NCBI RefSeq assembly: GCF_006345805.1
Contig: NC_043008.1
Location: 64,356,001 to 64,420,000, forward strand
From: Octopus sinensis
Lineage: Eukaryota
DNA: 64,000 nucleotides
Direction of reading: 5' to 3'
Of the stretch, positions 1-13,185 are shown one piece after another (the first letter of the stretch is position 1; the number at the start of each line of letters is the position of its first letter). The notes beneath the pieces were generated by a model. It had not been told where the DNA came from. It saw nothing but the letters and a program-made list of their open reading frames with translations, and ran no database searches. The translations under genes and the position numbers were made by a program.

Positions 1-13
1 ACACATATGTATG

Positions 14-54
<41 letters not shown>

Positions 55-369
55 GGTGAGAGAAAGAAAGATAAATTGATTCATATGCAGATATATATGT
101 ATGTGAGTGTATATGTATACTGACACATGTCAATGCACATGCACAAGAATTGTACGCATATATACACACATATAGAAGGAGTGAGTAATTAGAAACGCTG
201 GATATTTGGGTTAAATAAGGTAAATTATTAGTTTTGGAAAACTTATAAGGTTATTCTTTTGCACGTTTCAGTCAACTGACTGTGGCTATGCTGGAGCACC
301 ACCTTTAATCAAAGAAATCGAACCCTGGACTTATTCTATGTAAGCATAGTACTTATTCTATCATTCTCC

Positions 370-1362
370 CAATCCTCCTCATCCTCCTCATCCTCCTCAT
401 CCTCATCGTTTAACACCCGTTTTCCATGCTAGCATGGGTTGGGCAGTTCGACTGTTGTCTGGGAAGCCAGGAGGCTGAACAATGCTCCAGTCTGATCTGG
501 CAGTGTTTCTACAGCTGGATGCCCTTCCTAACGCCAACCACTCCGTGAGTGTAGTGGGTGCTTTTTACGTGACACTGGCACAGGGGCCAGGGGAGGCTGG
601 CAACGGCCATGATCGGTTGGTGTTTTTTATGTGCCACTGGCACGGGTATCACAACTACAATTTCCATTTGATCTTTAGTTTGATGCTGATGTACTTGACT
701 CAATAGGTATCCTCAAGCACAGCAGGTTGCCCCACGATCCAAGATAAGCACAGGCTGCCCTGCGATCCAAGGTACTTTGAATGGGCAGGGGCTGGTTGTG
801 TGAAGCTAGTGTAGGATACAGCCATTAACTCACTTTATTTGTCAGGTCTTCACAGTTACAGCATATCTCCAGAGGTCTTGGTCTTTCGTCATTGCCTCTG
901 TGAGACCCAACATTCGAAGGTCATGCTTGACCACCTCATCCCATATCTTCCTGGGTCTACCTCTACCCCGGATTCCTTCAACTGTTTGGGAGTGGTACTT
1001 CTTCACACATCTCTCCTCATCCATCCGTAATACATGACCATACCAGCACAAACGTCCCTCTTGCACGCCACATCTGATGCTTCTTATGTCCAACATTTCT
1101 CTCTAGGCGTTTACACTTTGTCGTGTGTGCACACTGACATTACACATCCAGTGGATCCTGCTCGCTTCATTCCTTTCGATCCTACGCATGTCCTTCGCAG
1201 TCACAGCCCATGTTTCACTGCTGTGAAATATGGCAGTTCACACACATGCGTCGTACAATCTATCTTTGTCACCAGTAGGGGTAGAAGATTTCTAAACTTT
1301 GCCCAGGCTATTATTATTCTAGTGGTAACACTCTCTGAGCATCCACCTCCACCACTAACTTG
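370..1362 (-). mobile_element. 5'-truncated RTE-clade LINE: RT C-terminal region, 3'UTR and (GAT/GAG)n tail
   Basis: Minus strand reads GGGCSESVTTRIIIAWAKFRNLLPLL...ETWAVTAKDMRRIERNE, then ORF 842-1096 RLCWYGHVLRMDEERC...GRGRPRKIWDEVV...DLWRYAV, the typical RTE C-terminus. It is followed by a 3'UTR shared with other copies in the window and a short repeat tail at about 373-407. Confidence 0.85.
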
Positions 1363-2465
1363 AAAATGGGTCGAATACTGGCGGTGAACACGGGTGAAGT
1401 CACGATGGCTGAGACGGTGGTGGCGATACCGCTCCCGAAAAATAACAAGGCGCTGTAATTGGTATGGTGACGGCAGAGATGCTGAAACACGGAGGTCATC
1501 CCATCGTTGAATATCTGACGACCCTCCTAAATGTATGCTGGACGACAGACCGAGTCCCAGAGAATTGGCAACTGGGAGTAATTGTCAGGCTCCCAAAGAA
1601 AGCAAACCTTGTCGATGGCAATAATTGGAGAGGGATTATGCTTTTATATGTCCCTGGAAAGGTCTTCGGGATCATCTTCTTAGGCTGCCTGCAATGGGCA
1701 GTGGATGAGAGGCTCCAAGAAGAACAAGCTGGCTTTTGATGCAGACGGTTATGCAATGAACAAATCTTCATGTTGTGCAACATTATCAAACAAAGCTTGG
1801 AAAATCAGCAATCAATCATTTTCATTGATTTAGTTAAGGCATACACCAGATTTCATTGTGGTGCATCGCTCATAACTTCTGCATTCCCGTGCATTTCATT
1901 GATGCCTTTCGGAGCCTTTACTGTGAGTGTAGATGCTGTGTTCGAACAGACATGGGCTATGCCAACTATTTTGCCATTGAGACCGGTGTACGGCAATGCT
2001 GCTTTCTATCCCCTCTCCTATTTCTTATGGTGATCAACTTCGTCATGCGTGAGGCGATGTGCCAACACAGAGTTGGGATTCGGTGGTGTGGGTCAGGGTG
2101 CCTGACTGACCATGATTTTGTCAATGACACTGCACGCCTTGGAGCAACGAAGAATGTCAAAAACAATAACAGAGAGATTAGAACAGGATGCAGCCAAGAT
2201 TGGACTCCACTTAAGTACAAACAAGGCAAAGATCATAAAGTTTGGATATGTCGATAGAAGCAACAATGGTGTCCTCTTGATGATTGGACCACACCAAATC
2301 GAAGAAGTTGATGAGTTCACCTATTTGGGCAGCGTCGTGTGTGGAAGCGACTGCCTGACGAGTGAAAAAGAGGGCGACCTTGAAGCCATTGACATTTCAT
2401 GGGATGAAGCTGAAATCACCACAGCTGACCGACTATTGTGGAGAAACCTTGCTGCTCAATGTGCT
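1363..2465 (+). pseudogene. Decayed RTE-type LINE reverse transcriptase fragment (second family), internally deleted
   Basis: PKKANLVDGNNWRGIMLLYVPGKVF...EEQAGF; FIDLVKAY; GVRQCCFLSPLLFL; LTDHDFVND (FADD equivalent); EEVDEFTYLGSVV; then a jump to a C-terminal ISWDEA...DRLLWRNLAAQC. Stops and frameshifts present. Confidence 0.85.
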
Positions 2466-2790
2466 CAATGGTTAGAGGGTCAAACTTATGACCATCAGGT
2501 TGTGAGTTCGAATCCCAGACCGGGCTGCATGTTGTGTTCTTGAGTAAGCCACTTTATTTCACGTTGCTCCAGTTCACTCATCTGTAGAAATGAGTTGCAA
2601 CATCACAGGTGCCAAGCTGTATCGGCCTTTGCCTTTACCTTCGATAACATCAGTGGCGTGGAGAAGAGAGGCTGGCATGCATGGGCAACTGCTGGTCGTC
2701 TTCCATAAACAACCTTGCCCGGACTTGTGCCTCAGAGGATAACTTTCTATGTGCAATCCAATGATCATTCGTGGCCGAAGGGGGGTCTCC
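2462..2790 (+). mobile_element. tRNA-derived SINE with CORE-like central domain
   Basis: A-box-like GCTCAATGGTTAGAG and B-box GAGTTCGAATCCC, followed by GTGTTCTTGAGTAAGCCACTTTATTTCACGTTGCTCCAGTTCACTCATCTGTAGAAATG, which resembles the CORE/MIR core. Confidence 0.7.
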
Positions 2791-2859
2791 AATATATATA
2801 TATAAATATAATCGCTATGTGTTTCACACCTAAAGCTGTGGCCATGCTGGGGCTCTGCC

Positions 2860-3138
2860 AGTGTAATCAGCTTTCAATTGGACAATTCTATGTGATTGAC
2901 TTTTGGTCAAGGAGGGAATTCAACACTGCTGCCCTCTTTTGAGTTTCTTGCTTTGTTATTGGTTCATCTGGGATCTTGGACAGCAAGAGGTCAAATTTTT
3001 TCTTCAATAGACCCCCCAGATGTTTTGTCAAAGCTTTAATTAGCTGTGGGCCCTTGCATCCAAAGCTGTTGCAGTATATGGTCCTCAACTTAGAGGGGAC
3101 AGGTTGGACTTTTCGAACAGTGCGGTGATGCCCAATTC
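2860..3138 (-). mobile_element. CR1/Jockey-superclade LINE 3'-end fragment
   Basis: Minus strand GHHRTVRKVQPVPSKLRTIYCNSFGCKGPQL...FDLLLSKIPDEP...RAAVLNSLLDQ matches the NSF-x-RGP...LDxxLxxIPDEP...RAAxxNSL C-terminus of CR1-like LINEs. Confidence 0.65.
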
Positions 3139-3168
3139 ATGGTCTGGTATATATGCATATATATATGT

Positions 3169-3223
<55 letters not shown>

Positions 3224-3469
3224 CATATTATATATTATATTTGTGTGGTGTGTGTATGTATAGATAGATAGATAGATATATACATATACACACATATATA
3301 TGTATATATATTTATACACGCAGACACATACACATGTATATTATATCTATCTATTACACACATATATATGCATATATAACAATGTTACATGTATATACAT
3401 ATATACACACCTACATAAATGTAAGAATATATGTGTGTGTGTGTGTTTAATGTGTATGTGTTTGTATAT

Positions 3470-3513
<44 letters not shown>

Positions 3514-4414
3514 TATACATATGTATTCAGATATACATATACATGTGCATGTGTGGTGTGTATCATTAGATTTATTAGTATTCATATATATGCTTGCTAT
3601 GATGATTCTTTAATGAGCTTATCCACGAAGGTTCATCAGGAAAGACATTTTATATTACCTTGGGCAGAATCTATCAATTTATCTATCTACCTCTGTGTGT
3701 GTGTGTGTGTGTGTGTGTAAATTAACAACGATCATACTAACAAATGATTGCCAAGTCTCCAGGTTTTGTGTTAAAGCAGAGCACATATAGTTCTTGTGAT
3801 GTGTACTTCATAAATGTAAGTTGTACAGTACAAAAACTAGCTGCTCTCCGGAAATCCGGCATAGAAAGCCTGTCAGAAAAGTAAAAGGAAAATAAGAAAA
3901 AGTTCATATACGAAGAAAAAATAATAAATTATTCAGAATTAATATATGGTGGAAATTTAGCAAAATTTGTTAGAGAGTTAGGAAAATGACTTCTAGAATT
4001 TCTTCTGATTCTTTACGTTCCTTGTTCCAATTCTACCGAGGTCAATTGTATCTTTCATCCTTTTTGGATATATAAAATAAAGTATTTGTCAAGCAATGCA
4101 CTCAATGGTATCGATTTAATTCCACTCCCTCCCAAATTTCTGGACCTTCACTAACATCAGAGACAATTACTGGAAGTTAATATTGTAGAGGTGTTGAGAA
4201 TTGTAGAGTCATTTCCAATGTGAGGGAAATATCAGTTTGGAAATCTAGCTTAGGACAGAAATGTTAACTTTGGAATGGATTCTCTTGAGACCTTGGCAAC
4301 CATATGACTCTTGGCAACCTCATATGGCTTTACTTTTTGGACACTCTAAGAGGTCCCTTCCTCTCACATTTAGGCAGTGTAGGGACGGTGTGCTAGCAAT
4401 ATGTAGATGTCTCT

Positions 4415-4647
4415 GCAGCGAGATGTCAGAAATGTTAGCATGCCGGGAAGAATGTCTAGCAGTACTTTGTCTGTCTTTATGTTCTGAGTTCAAATTCTGC
4501 CAAGGTCGACTTTGCCTTTCATCCTTTTGGGGTCGATAAATTAAGTACCAGTAACACACTTGGGTCGATGTAATCGACTTAATCCCTTTGTCTGTCCTTG
4601 CTTGTACCCTCTATGTTTAGCCCCTTGTGGGCAATAAAGAAATAAGA
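4415..4647 (+). mobile_element. tRNA-derived SINE family A, long-tail form
   Basis: Head ...GCGAG(A)TGTCAGAAATGTTAGCA, B-box GAGTTCAAATTCTGCC, body GTCGACTTTGCCTTTCATCC...GTCGATAAATTAAGTACC, tail ...CCCCTTGTGGGCAATAAAGAAATA; many homologous copies in the window. Confidence 0.85.
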
Positions 4648-4874
4648 TGTATGTCTCTGCCAATGAATAAACCTGACAAACAAAAGAGAGAATTATGAAG
4701 GTTTCCATGTTTTGTTGAGTTGGTGTTATTCTGTTGAGTCAAACCTTTGCAAAATGTTGGTAACTTATTTGCATTATTCATCAAGTTGCAATAAAAGCAT
4801 CCTAAAATCCGAAGTAGCGGTCATTGTGCTGCATCACTTGAAGCCACTTTCTTGCTAATTCTTTGATCCCATAC

Positions 4875-5027
4875 CTGTAAAAGTTCTTGTTCTTTGAAAT
4901 GAAGAATTCCTCCACAGGAGCTTTTACCTCTTCTTGATTGATGAAGCATCACAAGTGCAAGAAGTGTGCCATAGACCAGAACAAGTAATAATACATAGAG
5001 ATATTTTTCTGCAATCCTAATGTGCAT
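4875..5027 (-). CDS. Candidate first coding exon of a type II membrane/signal-anchored protein (unverified)
   Basis: MHIRIAEKYLYVLLLVLVYGTLLALVMLHQSRRGKSSCGGILHFKEQELLQ: short basic N-terminus, about 20 hydrophobic residues, and a phase-0 donor CAG|GTATGG at 4875/4874. No linked exon found. Confidence 0.25.
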
Positions 5028-5089
5028 CAGAGATGGTTAAGCAAGAGCTAGCTTGTCAAACTTGTCCCCTTCTCTTGGTTGAGAAAGCC

Positions 5090-5430
5090 TCATGAGTGCA
5101 GGAAACGAGCAATGGATTAAAATAATAAACAATCCCAGGGAGCTATGTCTGAACTATATGTTGGATGTAGCATCAGCTTGATTCCCTCAAGTTCCTGCCG
5201 TTTATATAGGCCGTTCGAGCAGTATGAGTTTTTGCATTGTCTTGCTGCAGAAGAGTTCACATTTTGTTAACCAATGCTAGGTATTTTTGCCACATAGTGA
5301 CATATATCCACCCCAACTGTTTGAAGTACAGGTTGACTTTGATGGCTCGAACTCCAGAATGAACTTGCAGTAAATTATCTCCTCACAATTCCACCAAGTG
5401 CAGAGCATCACCTTGCGTTCAAAACAGAGC
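5090..5430 (-). pseudogene. mariner transposase relic (catalytic region)
   Basis: Minus strand KVMLCTWWN...LLQQDNAKTHTART...ELEGIKLMLHPTYSSDIAPWDC corresponds to the KVMLxVWWD, DNAxxH and YSPDLAPSD motifs; stops and frameshifts. Confidence 0.8.
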
Positions 5431-5876
5431 TGGTACAGAAACAATTGTAAGTAATTATTAAAAAAATGATAGAATCTTAGTCTTCTTATATGGACATGGA
5501 CACACACACAAAAACATATCGAAAAAGGGGGAGAGAAAGAGAAAGAGAGAGCGTGAGAGACAGAGAGAGATGAGTTGAGGAATAGAGGAAAGGGGGCTGG
5601 AAAGAAGGTATTTGATCAATGAGATCGCCTTCAAATTGTAATACACTTAGTATTACCTGTAGACTTTTAGCAGTTCTGAAGCTGAAGTCATTCTCAGTTA
5701 CACTCAGTCTCCTAAAGCATTACATTCCAATGGTTCCATGTTACAAAACAAAGTTTCATAAAGCAAAACTTATTTTACCATCGATTTCTGTGAACACAGA
5801 ATTCAAAAGTAAAAATACATTTCATATTATGGAATTGCATCTTATACCAAGGTGTGTATATATATATATATATATT

Positions 5877-6486
5877 GTTATATTTCGGAATGGTCATATT
5901 GCCAGTTTAGCCAATAAAAACACACGCACTATATATTTGGTGTTATTTTGCTTCAGTGATATTTATTTTTTACTTTAATCTTAATCTTATTTCGGACAGA
6001 GTTCTTTCGTCACACTCCTGTGACCACATCAGTGGTCCTTTGTTTTCTTCTTTCTTGTTTGTTTGTGTCTCTCCTTACTAACCGTCAGCCATTTTTTATT
6101 TCTATTGTATGTCTTCATTTGCGCATGCTTATATCTCTATGTGCGTCTATGTTTATTTAGTGTGTGTGTGGGGGAGATCCTGTAATTTTGTATCTTCTGT
6201 TATATACATTCATGTAATTTGTATTTTGTTTTTGTTGTTGTTGCTTTTGTTCTAATTTTGTCATGTGTTTACATCCACCCATTATTATCATTACATATGC
6301 TTGTATGTATGTATGTATAACAACAATATTAGTAATAATAATAATAAATCTAATCGAAAAAAATCTGTCCGAAATAAGATTAAGATTAAAGTAAAAAATA
6401 AATATCACTGAAGCAAAATAACACCAAATATATAGTGCGTGTGTTTTTATTGGCTAAACTGGCAATATGACCATTCCGAAATATAA

Positions 6487-6487
<1 letters not shown>
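5877..6487. mobile_element. Foldback/MITE-like element with 124-bp perfect terminal inverted repeats in a (TA)n tract
   Basis: 5877-6000 is the exact reverse complement of 6364-6487 (checked by eye); both ends abut (TA)n; non-coding spacer. Confidence 0.75.
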
Positions 6488-6526
<39 letters not shown>

Positions 6527-7909
6527 AAGTATTAAGGTTCATTTTACTTATCAAAGGGATTTGTGCATTAAGGAAACTTTTTTGAGGCAAGCATTTAATT
6601 TGGTCGAAGGCAAAGTTTTTGGTGAAAATAGCAAAAAGATTGTTTCTGCTTGGCTTAGTGTTTGTTGCCTTGTTTACTTGCACAAAGTATTACTTTTATA
6701 TATTTCTGGAAGTAAGTTTTGACAGACAAGAGAAGAATGTCTCAAAGGAGGTAAAAAAAAAGAATCAATGATAAAGCTGAGATTTTAACACTTGGGTATA
6801 TAACATCTGCATTGTCATCATCTGCTTCATGGTCATCACCATTATCATCGTCGTCGTCACTGTTGTCGTCATCATCAATCATCATCATCATCATCATCAT
6901 CACGTTTTACAGTCTATTCTCCATGCTTCTGTAAATCAGATAAGTTATGTTGAAGCAGAATTTCCTATGGCTTGATACCCTTTCTGACCCTTGATAAACT
7001 TTCTGACCTATTTCAAAGTAAGGTAATAAAGCGTTGCTTACAACAAGCAAATGCACATGAAGATGAGGAAAAAACAACTTCACTCACACACACACACACA
7101 CACATACACATACACACAAATGCATGAGCACATACAAACACATAAACATGCACCCACCCATGAACGCATACACACACATATATAGATAGATAGATTGATT
7201 GGAAGGTATATAGATAGATAGATAGACAGACAAACAGACAGACAGTCAAACATATATACATACGTACATACATACATACATAGATGGTGGTTGTGTACTT
7301 CTTATACACTTCTTGTACTTAAACCTTAGATTTATCATGACATCAGATGTGGCGTTTTAAACCAGACAGTGTTTTGAAAAGATACCCACATAAATTGCAT
7401 ATCTGCTCTGGACCACCAAGAAGTACAGATCTTTGTGGATATTAAAACGTTTTTTGAAGCCTGTGTTAGATTTACAGGCCTTATAGCATTCACATATACA
7501 CATACACAACAGGCATCTTCAGTTTCCATCTACCAATTTCACTGACAAATATTGGTTGAAACCCAGCTATGGTAAAACACCAGCCATGCTGATCTTCCAC
7601 AGGATTTGACAGAATGCCTAACTTTATGCTTCTAAAGTGCACAGTAGTTTCTATGAGTTCAAGATTAACTCACTCCCTTAGGACAATTATACATATATTA
7701 TTGTATGTATGTATGTGTATGCAAGTGTATATATATATATATATATGTGTGTGTGTATCTGTGTGTGTGTGTGTGTATGTGTGTATGAGCAAAAGGCCCC
7801 ACACTCGTCTAACATCCCAATGTGCTTCTCAAAAACCTGCACAGCCATGCTTGTGCTTATACATTTTATGCTGCACTCCTTCAAGGGATGATTATTCATA
7901 GTTCATCGT

Positions 7910-8215
7910 TTAACATCGTTGGACGATTTGTCTGAGGACTGGTGAACCAGATGGCTGCACCAGGTTCCAATCTTGATATGGCAGAGATTCTACAGCTGGA
8001 TGACCTTCCTAATGCCAACTACTCCGAGAGTGTAGCTGGGTGCTTTTACATGCCAACGGCACGAGGGCCAGTCAGGTGGTACTGGCAACAGCCACGCTCA
8101 AATGGTGTTTTTTACATGCCATCTGCATAGGAGCCAGTCCAGCAGCACTGGCAATGACCTTGCTCGAATGTTGTTTTCACGGGCCACTGACAAAAGTGCC
8201 AGTAAGGCAATGCTG
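7910..8215 (-). mobile_element. RTE 3'UTR-derived fragment
   Basis: Homologous to 400-660 (CTACAGCTGGATGACCTTCCTAATGCCAAC...GTGCTTTTAC). Confidence 0.7.
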
Positions 8216-8244
8216 ATTACTACTTTTAACATTAGTATTAATTA

Positions 8245-8762
8245 AGATAACTAACTGGCAGAATTGTAAGCATGCCAGGCAAGATGTTTAGAATCTGCAA
8301 AAAATCTGCTAAGGTTAACTTTACCTTTCATTTTCCCGGAGACGATAAAATAAGTACCAGTTGAGTAATGAGGCTGATATAACTGATCTACCCCTTTCCT
8401 TCAAGTTGCTGGCCTTGCGCCAAAGTTTGAAATTAATATTAATACTAACTAAGGTGGTGAGCTGGCAGAATTGTTAACAAGCTGGACACAATGCATAGTG
8501 GAATTTCATCAGTCTTTATGTTCTGGGTTCAAATTCTGCCAAGGTTGACTTTGCCTTTCATCCTTTCAAGGTCGATGAAATAAGTACCATGTAGCACTGG
8601 GGTTGATGTAATCGACATATCCCCACCCCAAAATTGCTGACCTTGTGTCAAAATTTGAAACCAGTATTTAGGATTAACTGCCAGTTAAGTATTGAGGTTG
8701 ATGTAAGCATCTACTTGACTTCTAACATTGCTGGTCTTGTTCTAAAATTTGAAACAATTATT
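8245..8762 (+). mobile_element. Two tandem SINE family A copies plus a repeated tail
   Basis: Heads at about 8245 and 8451 (AAGGTGGTGAGCTGGCAGAA); tails GCTGGCCTTG(C/T)GCCAAA(G/A)TTTGAAA at about 8410, 8640 and 8735. Confidence 0.7.
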
Positions 8763-8932
8763 ACTATTCACTTAAGTTCTGATTTATCTATGTCACATCA
8801 CAGCTCCATCCGCTGCATAGAGATGCAACACATTCCTCAACACATGTGCTGCTCTAAGTACTCCTTCCAACTGGATTCTACTTATGGAGCTTGGTTTGTT
8901 ATTCTCACTCAATCTGTTTGCTTATAAAACTA

Positions 8933-9369
8933 CTACTCTTACTCTTTTACTTGTTTCAGTCATTTGACTGTGGCCATGCTGGAGCACCGCCTTTAGTCGA
9001 GCAAATCGACCCCCGGGACTTATTCTTTGTAAGCCCAGTACTTATTCTATCGGTCTCTTTTGCTGAACCGCTAAGTGACGGGGACGTAAACACACCAGCT
9101 TCGGTTGTCAAGCAATGCTAGGGGGACAAACACAGACACACAAACATATCACACACACCTATATATATATATATATATATTATATTATATATATACATAC
9201 ATTGACAGTGCTTCTTTCAGTTTTCCGTCTACCACATCCAACTCACAAGGCATTGGTCGGCCCGAGGCTATAGCAGAAGACACTTGCCCAAGATGCCACA
9301 CAGTGGGATTGAACCCGGAACCATGTGGTTGGTAAGCAAGCTACTTACCACACAGCCACTCCTGCGCCT
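8933..9369 (-). mobile_element. tRNA-derived CORE-type SINE family B (resembles octopus OR2-like SINEs)
   Basis: Minus strand GGCGCAGGAGTGGCTGTGTGGTAAG...GGTTCAATCCC head, CTTGGGCAAGTGTCTTC CORE-like motif, internal (TA)n, tail ending (GAGTAAAA)n. Confidence 0.85.
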
Positions 9370-9992
9370 ACACTTATTTTTCTAGGATTTCTCCTCAGTT
9401 GTTAGAGGATTTTTCTCTATTTCCCACCAGCTCCTCTACTCACTATTTTATCTATTCTTCCTTATCATCAAAATTTTAAACCTTTACATGTATCTGTTTA
9501 ATCCTTGCTTGTTCACTCCTAACCCACAAACTTCTTAAATTTTGGTATTTATTTTCAAATCTCTTCATCATTTAAAGTTTCTTAATCTTCAATTTTACAC
9601 TTTTTTAACACTCATATCTATTTTATTTTTAATCTAATTTAATTTTTAATTTTGTATATTCTATCTAATTTTATTTTTATATACTTGCCTTTAGTTTTTC
9701 ACGTTAAATTTTCTTTAATCTCTTTTAGAAATTTAAAACATTTCAATAAATTTAATTTTTCCTAAAACTACCAATTTTACATATAATTATTAAGAGCTCA
9801 TAGAACTGAACTTGGCAATCCAACTTTTTAGCATACAGCTTTTTTCTCAATCGCATTATCAAATTTAATAACTGCTGTTTTCAATTTTCATCTCCCTTCT
9901 TTCGTTTTGAGTATCTACTTCCCATTTTCTCTTTATTTTCTTTTGATTACATATACACACACACACACATATATATACACCACACATATATC

Positions 9993-10024
<32 letters not shown>

Positions 10025-10192
10025 TATACAAAACAATATATATATATACATACATATATATATTACACACATATATATATATAATATATATAATATTGCA
10101 CATATCACAAACATCATATTATATATTATATATATACATACATACATATATATATATATACATACATACATATATATATATATACTATATAT

Positions 10193-10224
<32 letters not shown>

Positions 10225-10229
10225 ATATA

Positions 10230-10268
<39 letters not shown>

Positions 10269-10841
10269 GAGACATATATACACCACACATATGTATATGT
10301 AAGTGGGGAGGGAAGAGGAAAGTAGATGCTCAATATACATGTATATACATGCATTTAATTCTCCTTTTCACTTATGTAATTATTTTCTAATTTTTATTAT
10401 ATTTAATACTTTCCAAAATGATGTATAGCAAATATAAGCTTTGCTCAATCAACCATGCCTATGTTGGAAGAATTTAAATAAATCCATTTATATAATACTG
10501 TGCCCAACATCAAGTTACTTCCTATTTGTAGACTAATGCAATTACCAGATCAGAATCCTCAATATATTAAATATTTTCCCCTATCCATTTATTATGAATA
10601 CGTCTATTTTGTCCATCCTCCCCTAAATTTATTTAATTATTTAACTATATTATTCATTACACTTTAAATCCCCTTTTGAGGTAAATAAATGTAAATATTT
10701 CAAATATGGAAATCTAGTATACTGTAGGGTCATAAGCTAGATCAGTAGTTCAGTATTAAGTTCTATCAGTTAATTAATACTAGCTAGAAGGCATTTCTTA
10801 ATATGTTCACATTTTGCGAAAGTCTCACATCTCTCATTTAA

Positions 10842-11063
10842 CCTTTTAAAATTCAGATTTCTTTGCTAGATGTATTGCTGACTTATTCACACTGTTTTAA
10901 ATTAATCACACATTATCTTGTAGCTTCAAGATTTCAATGGTGTAGTTTTATATTTTTAGAATGACATTGTAGGCTAGGTGTGAAAGGTTAGATCTGGTCA
11001 GTTTTAACATAAAACAGGTAGAATATTTAGGCTGTTAATATAGCCAGTTTAAATGCTAAAGGA
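10842..11063. mobile_element. Non-autonomous TTAA-target DNA element (piggyBac-like MITE), degraded
   Basis: Ends TTAA|CCTTTTAAAATT ... AATGCTAAAGGA|TTGA; a homologous copy lies in opposite orientation at about 30465-30672. Confidence 0.45.
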
Positions 11064-12294
11064 TTGAGTAGTTATTTGAAGTTTTCTGTTTATCTAAAAT
11101 AATAGAAAACTTCTCTGCAGTACATTGGCTGCACATCTTGGAACCATTGGGGTATAGTTAATTTCAGTTTAGCCTATCTCAGAACATATTAACACTGACC
11201 ATTCATTTCCCTTTCAGCTTCTATATATAAAGCTTGGTGAGAGAGATAGAAATTCCATAAAAGATGCAAATACATACATCAAATCACAGTTATATCCTTC
11301 TCCATCACCTTGTAGTAGTAGTCGTTGTTGTCATCATCATGATCCTCATTGTCATCATCATCATCATCATCACCTTTTATGTCCCCATTCCATGCTGTCA
11401 CCATATTTTAATTGCTATTTATAGTTACTGCCTTCTGAGATTGCTCAAAGACACCACAACTCACTCTTGCATTTCAACTGTTGGCATGGTTCCTACGTCT
11501 GGATGACCTTTAAGATTCCAAACACTTTGCAGAGTGTAATGGGTGCGTCGTCAAGATTAAAAAGGGACCATTTGTCATGATGTGACTCTGTTCAATCAAA
11601 GCAACGTGGTCAAAAAACAGATCAATAGGGAAGACAATGTTTGTATTAATATTCATGTGTGTACGTGTGTGTGTGTGCTTGTGTGTATGTGTGGCGTGTA
11701 CCAAAAAGCTGTTACACGTCTTTAACATATTTCATGCTAATATATATTTTCAACAAATTGTCATTCTAGTTTCTTAAACTGTTATCATTGTCGGCGTTAG
11801 AGTTCTTATCTTCAGCATCATTTCCAACTTTATCATTCCCCTCATCATCCTCATCATCATCATCACCGTCATCATCATCAATAGGTCTGTCATCATTGTT
11901 GTGGTGTTATAACTTTTAAATCCTCACCTTAAAGAGAATCAGTAGAAATTTTGAGAATTTAAAATAATCTCTGATAAGTTTAATAAAAGCAAAGCAAAAG
12001 AAGAAAACAAAAAAAATGTATTAGAAACCTTACAAACAGCTTTTGACCTTGAAAGGAAAGAAGATAAGAATTAAAGAGAAAGAATTAAAATGTGGAAAAG
12101 TGAGAAATTTATTTGCCAAGATGGAAGACATTCAGTTATAAATACTATAAGTTTGGTGTGTAGCTTAGACTTATAAATAAAGACTGACATACTTCCATAC
12201 ATTCTGTTTAGAGGTGAATAGCAGAAAAGGTAAATTGTAGGGGAAAAAAGACATGTAGTATTTAGTTACTTCCTTTCATGTATTTTGTTTCCAA

Positions 12295-12492
12295 TTTTGG
12301 CCCTAGACCATTAATTTCAGGATAGGGAGTAAGTCAATTCCATCATCTTCAGTGACTGGTTGGTATTTATTTTATCGGCCCCAAAAGGATGAAAGACAAA
12401 GTCGACATTAGTCGAACTGGAACTCAAAATGCAGACGGTTGAAATGCTGCTGTGTATTTTACACAGTGACTAATTATCCTGCCAGCTCACTG
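12295..12492 (-). mobile_element. SINE family A copy (diverged)
   Basis: Reverse complement of family A body (GGATGAAAGACAAAGTCGAC...GAACTCAAAATG). Confidence 0.65.
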
Positions 12493-13185
12493 CCTTTTCT
12501 TTAGTTAAAATTTGTTGAGGTCTCCTTTGTGCTATCTTCTACAATCAATAAGTATTTGATATGAACTTATTGAGCAGGTTTCTCTTTAGTGTTGCACTCA
12601 TCACATATCGCACAATCTTTTGAAGCACTGGTGATATTGTACAACATTCTATCACAACAGACATCTCACAATACTATGTTATTATAGCCACCAGACACAA
12701 TTGTCTTGTTAAAGTCATCATACAACACTACCTTATTACAACAACCACACAGCACTAATTTATTAGTAATACTAGCTATTTTGACCTGTGCTTCACTTGG
12801 GTTTTGGTGGTGATGTTGTTCTGTGGATGTTGTCTCCTTTTCCCTTTCTTCTTTGGTTCGTCATCTTCTTTGCCTGGTTCTTTTTATTGCCCTCTTCTTT
12901 TTCTTTTTCTTATTTTTTAAGAAAAAGAAAAAGTCTTTATCTTCTTTAAAACTCAATTTTTCCCATATTCCTCACCATGGCAATCAAATAGTAGCCCCAA
13001 GCGACATACAACCCTCCTCATACCATTGCCCACCCCATTTTACACCCCAGTGTAAATTTTGGCGTCAATCCGGCCCCATCTACTGCCTCTTAAACCATTC
13101 CCATCCCAAAATGAGACAAATAATCAAGAAATCAAACAACTTTTTCACATTTCAGCTTTATAGATACTAACTACAACATTTTTCA

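Noticed and set aside
370-2465. Twin-priming inversion of a single RTE insertion (breakpoints are nearly contiguous in protein coordinates)
   Set aside because: The plus-strand piece has its own, different C-terminus (ISWDEA...WRNL), indicating two families.
6586-6750. Plus-strand hydrophobic frame KIAKRLFLLGLVFVALF ending at GAG|GTAAAA
   Set aside because: No ATG and only a weak GAG acceptor.
11420-11640. Exon-like unique sequence on either strand
   Set aside because: No acceptor/donor pair gives a convincing open coding frame.
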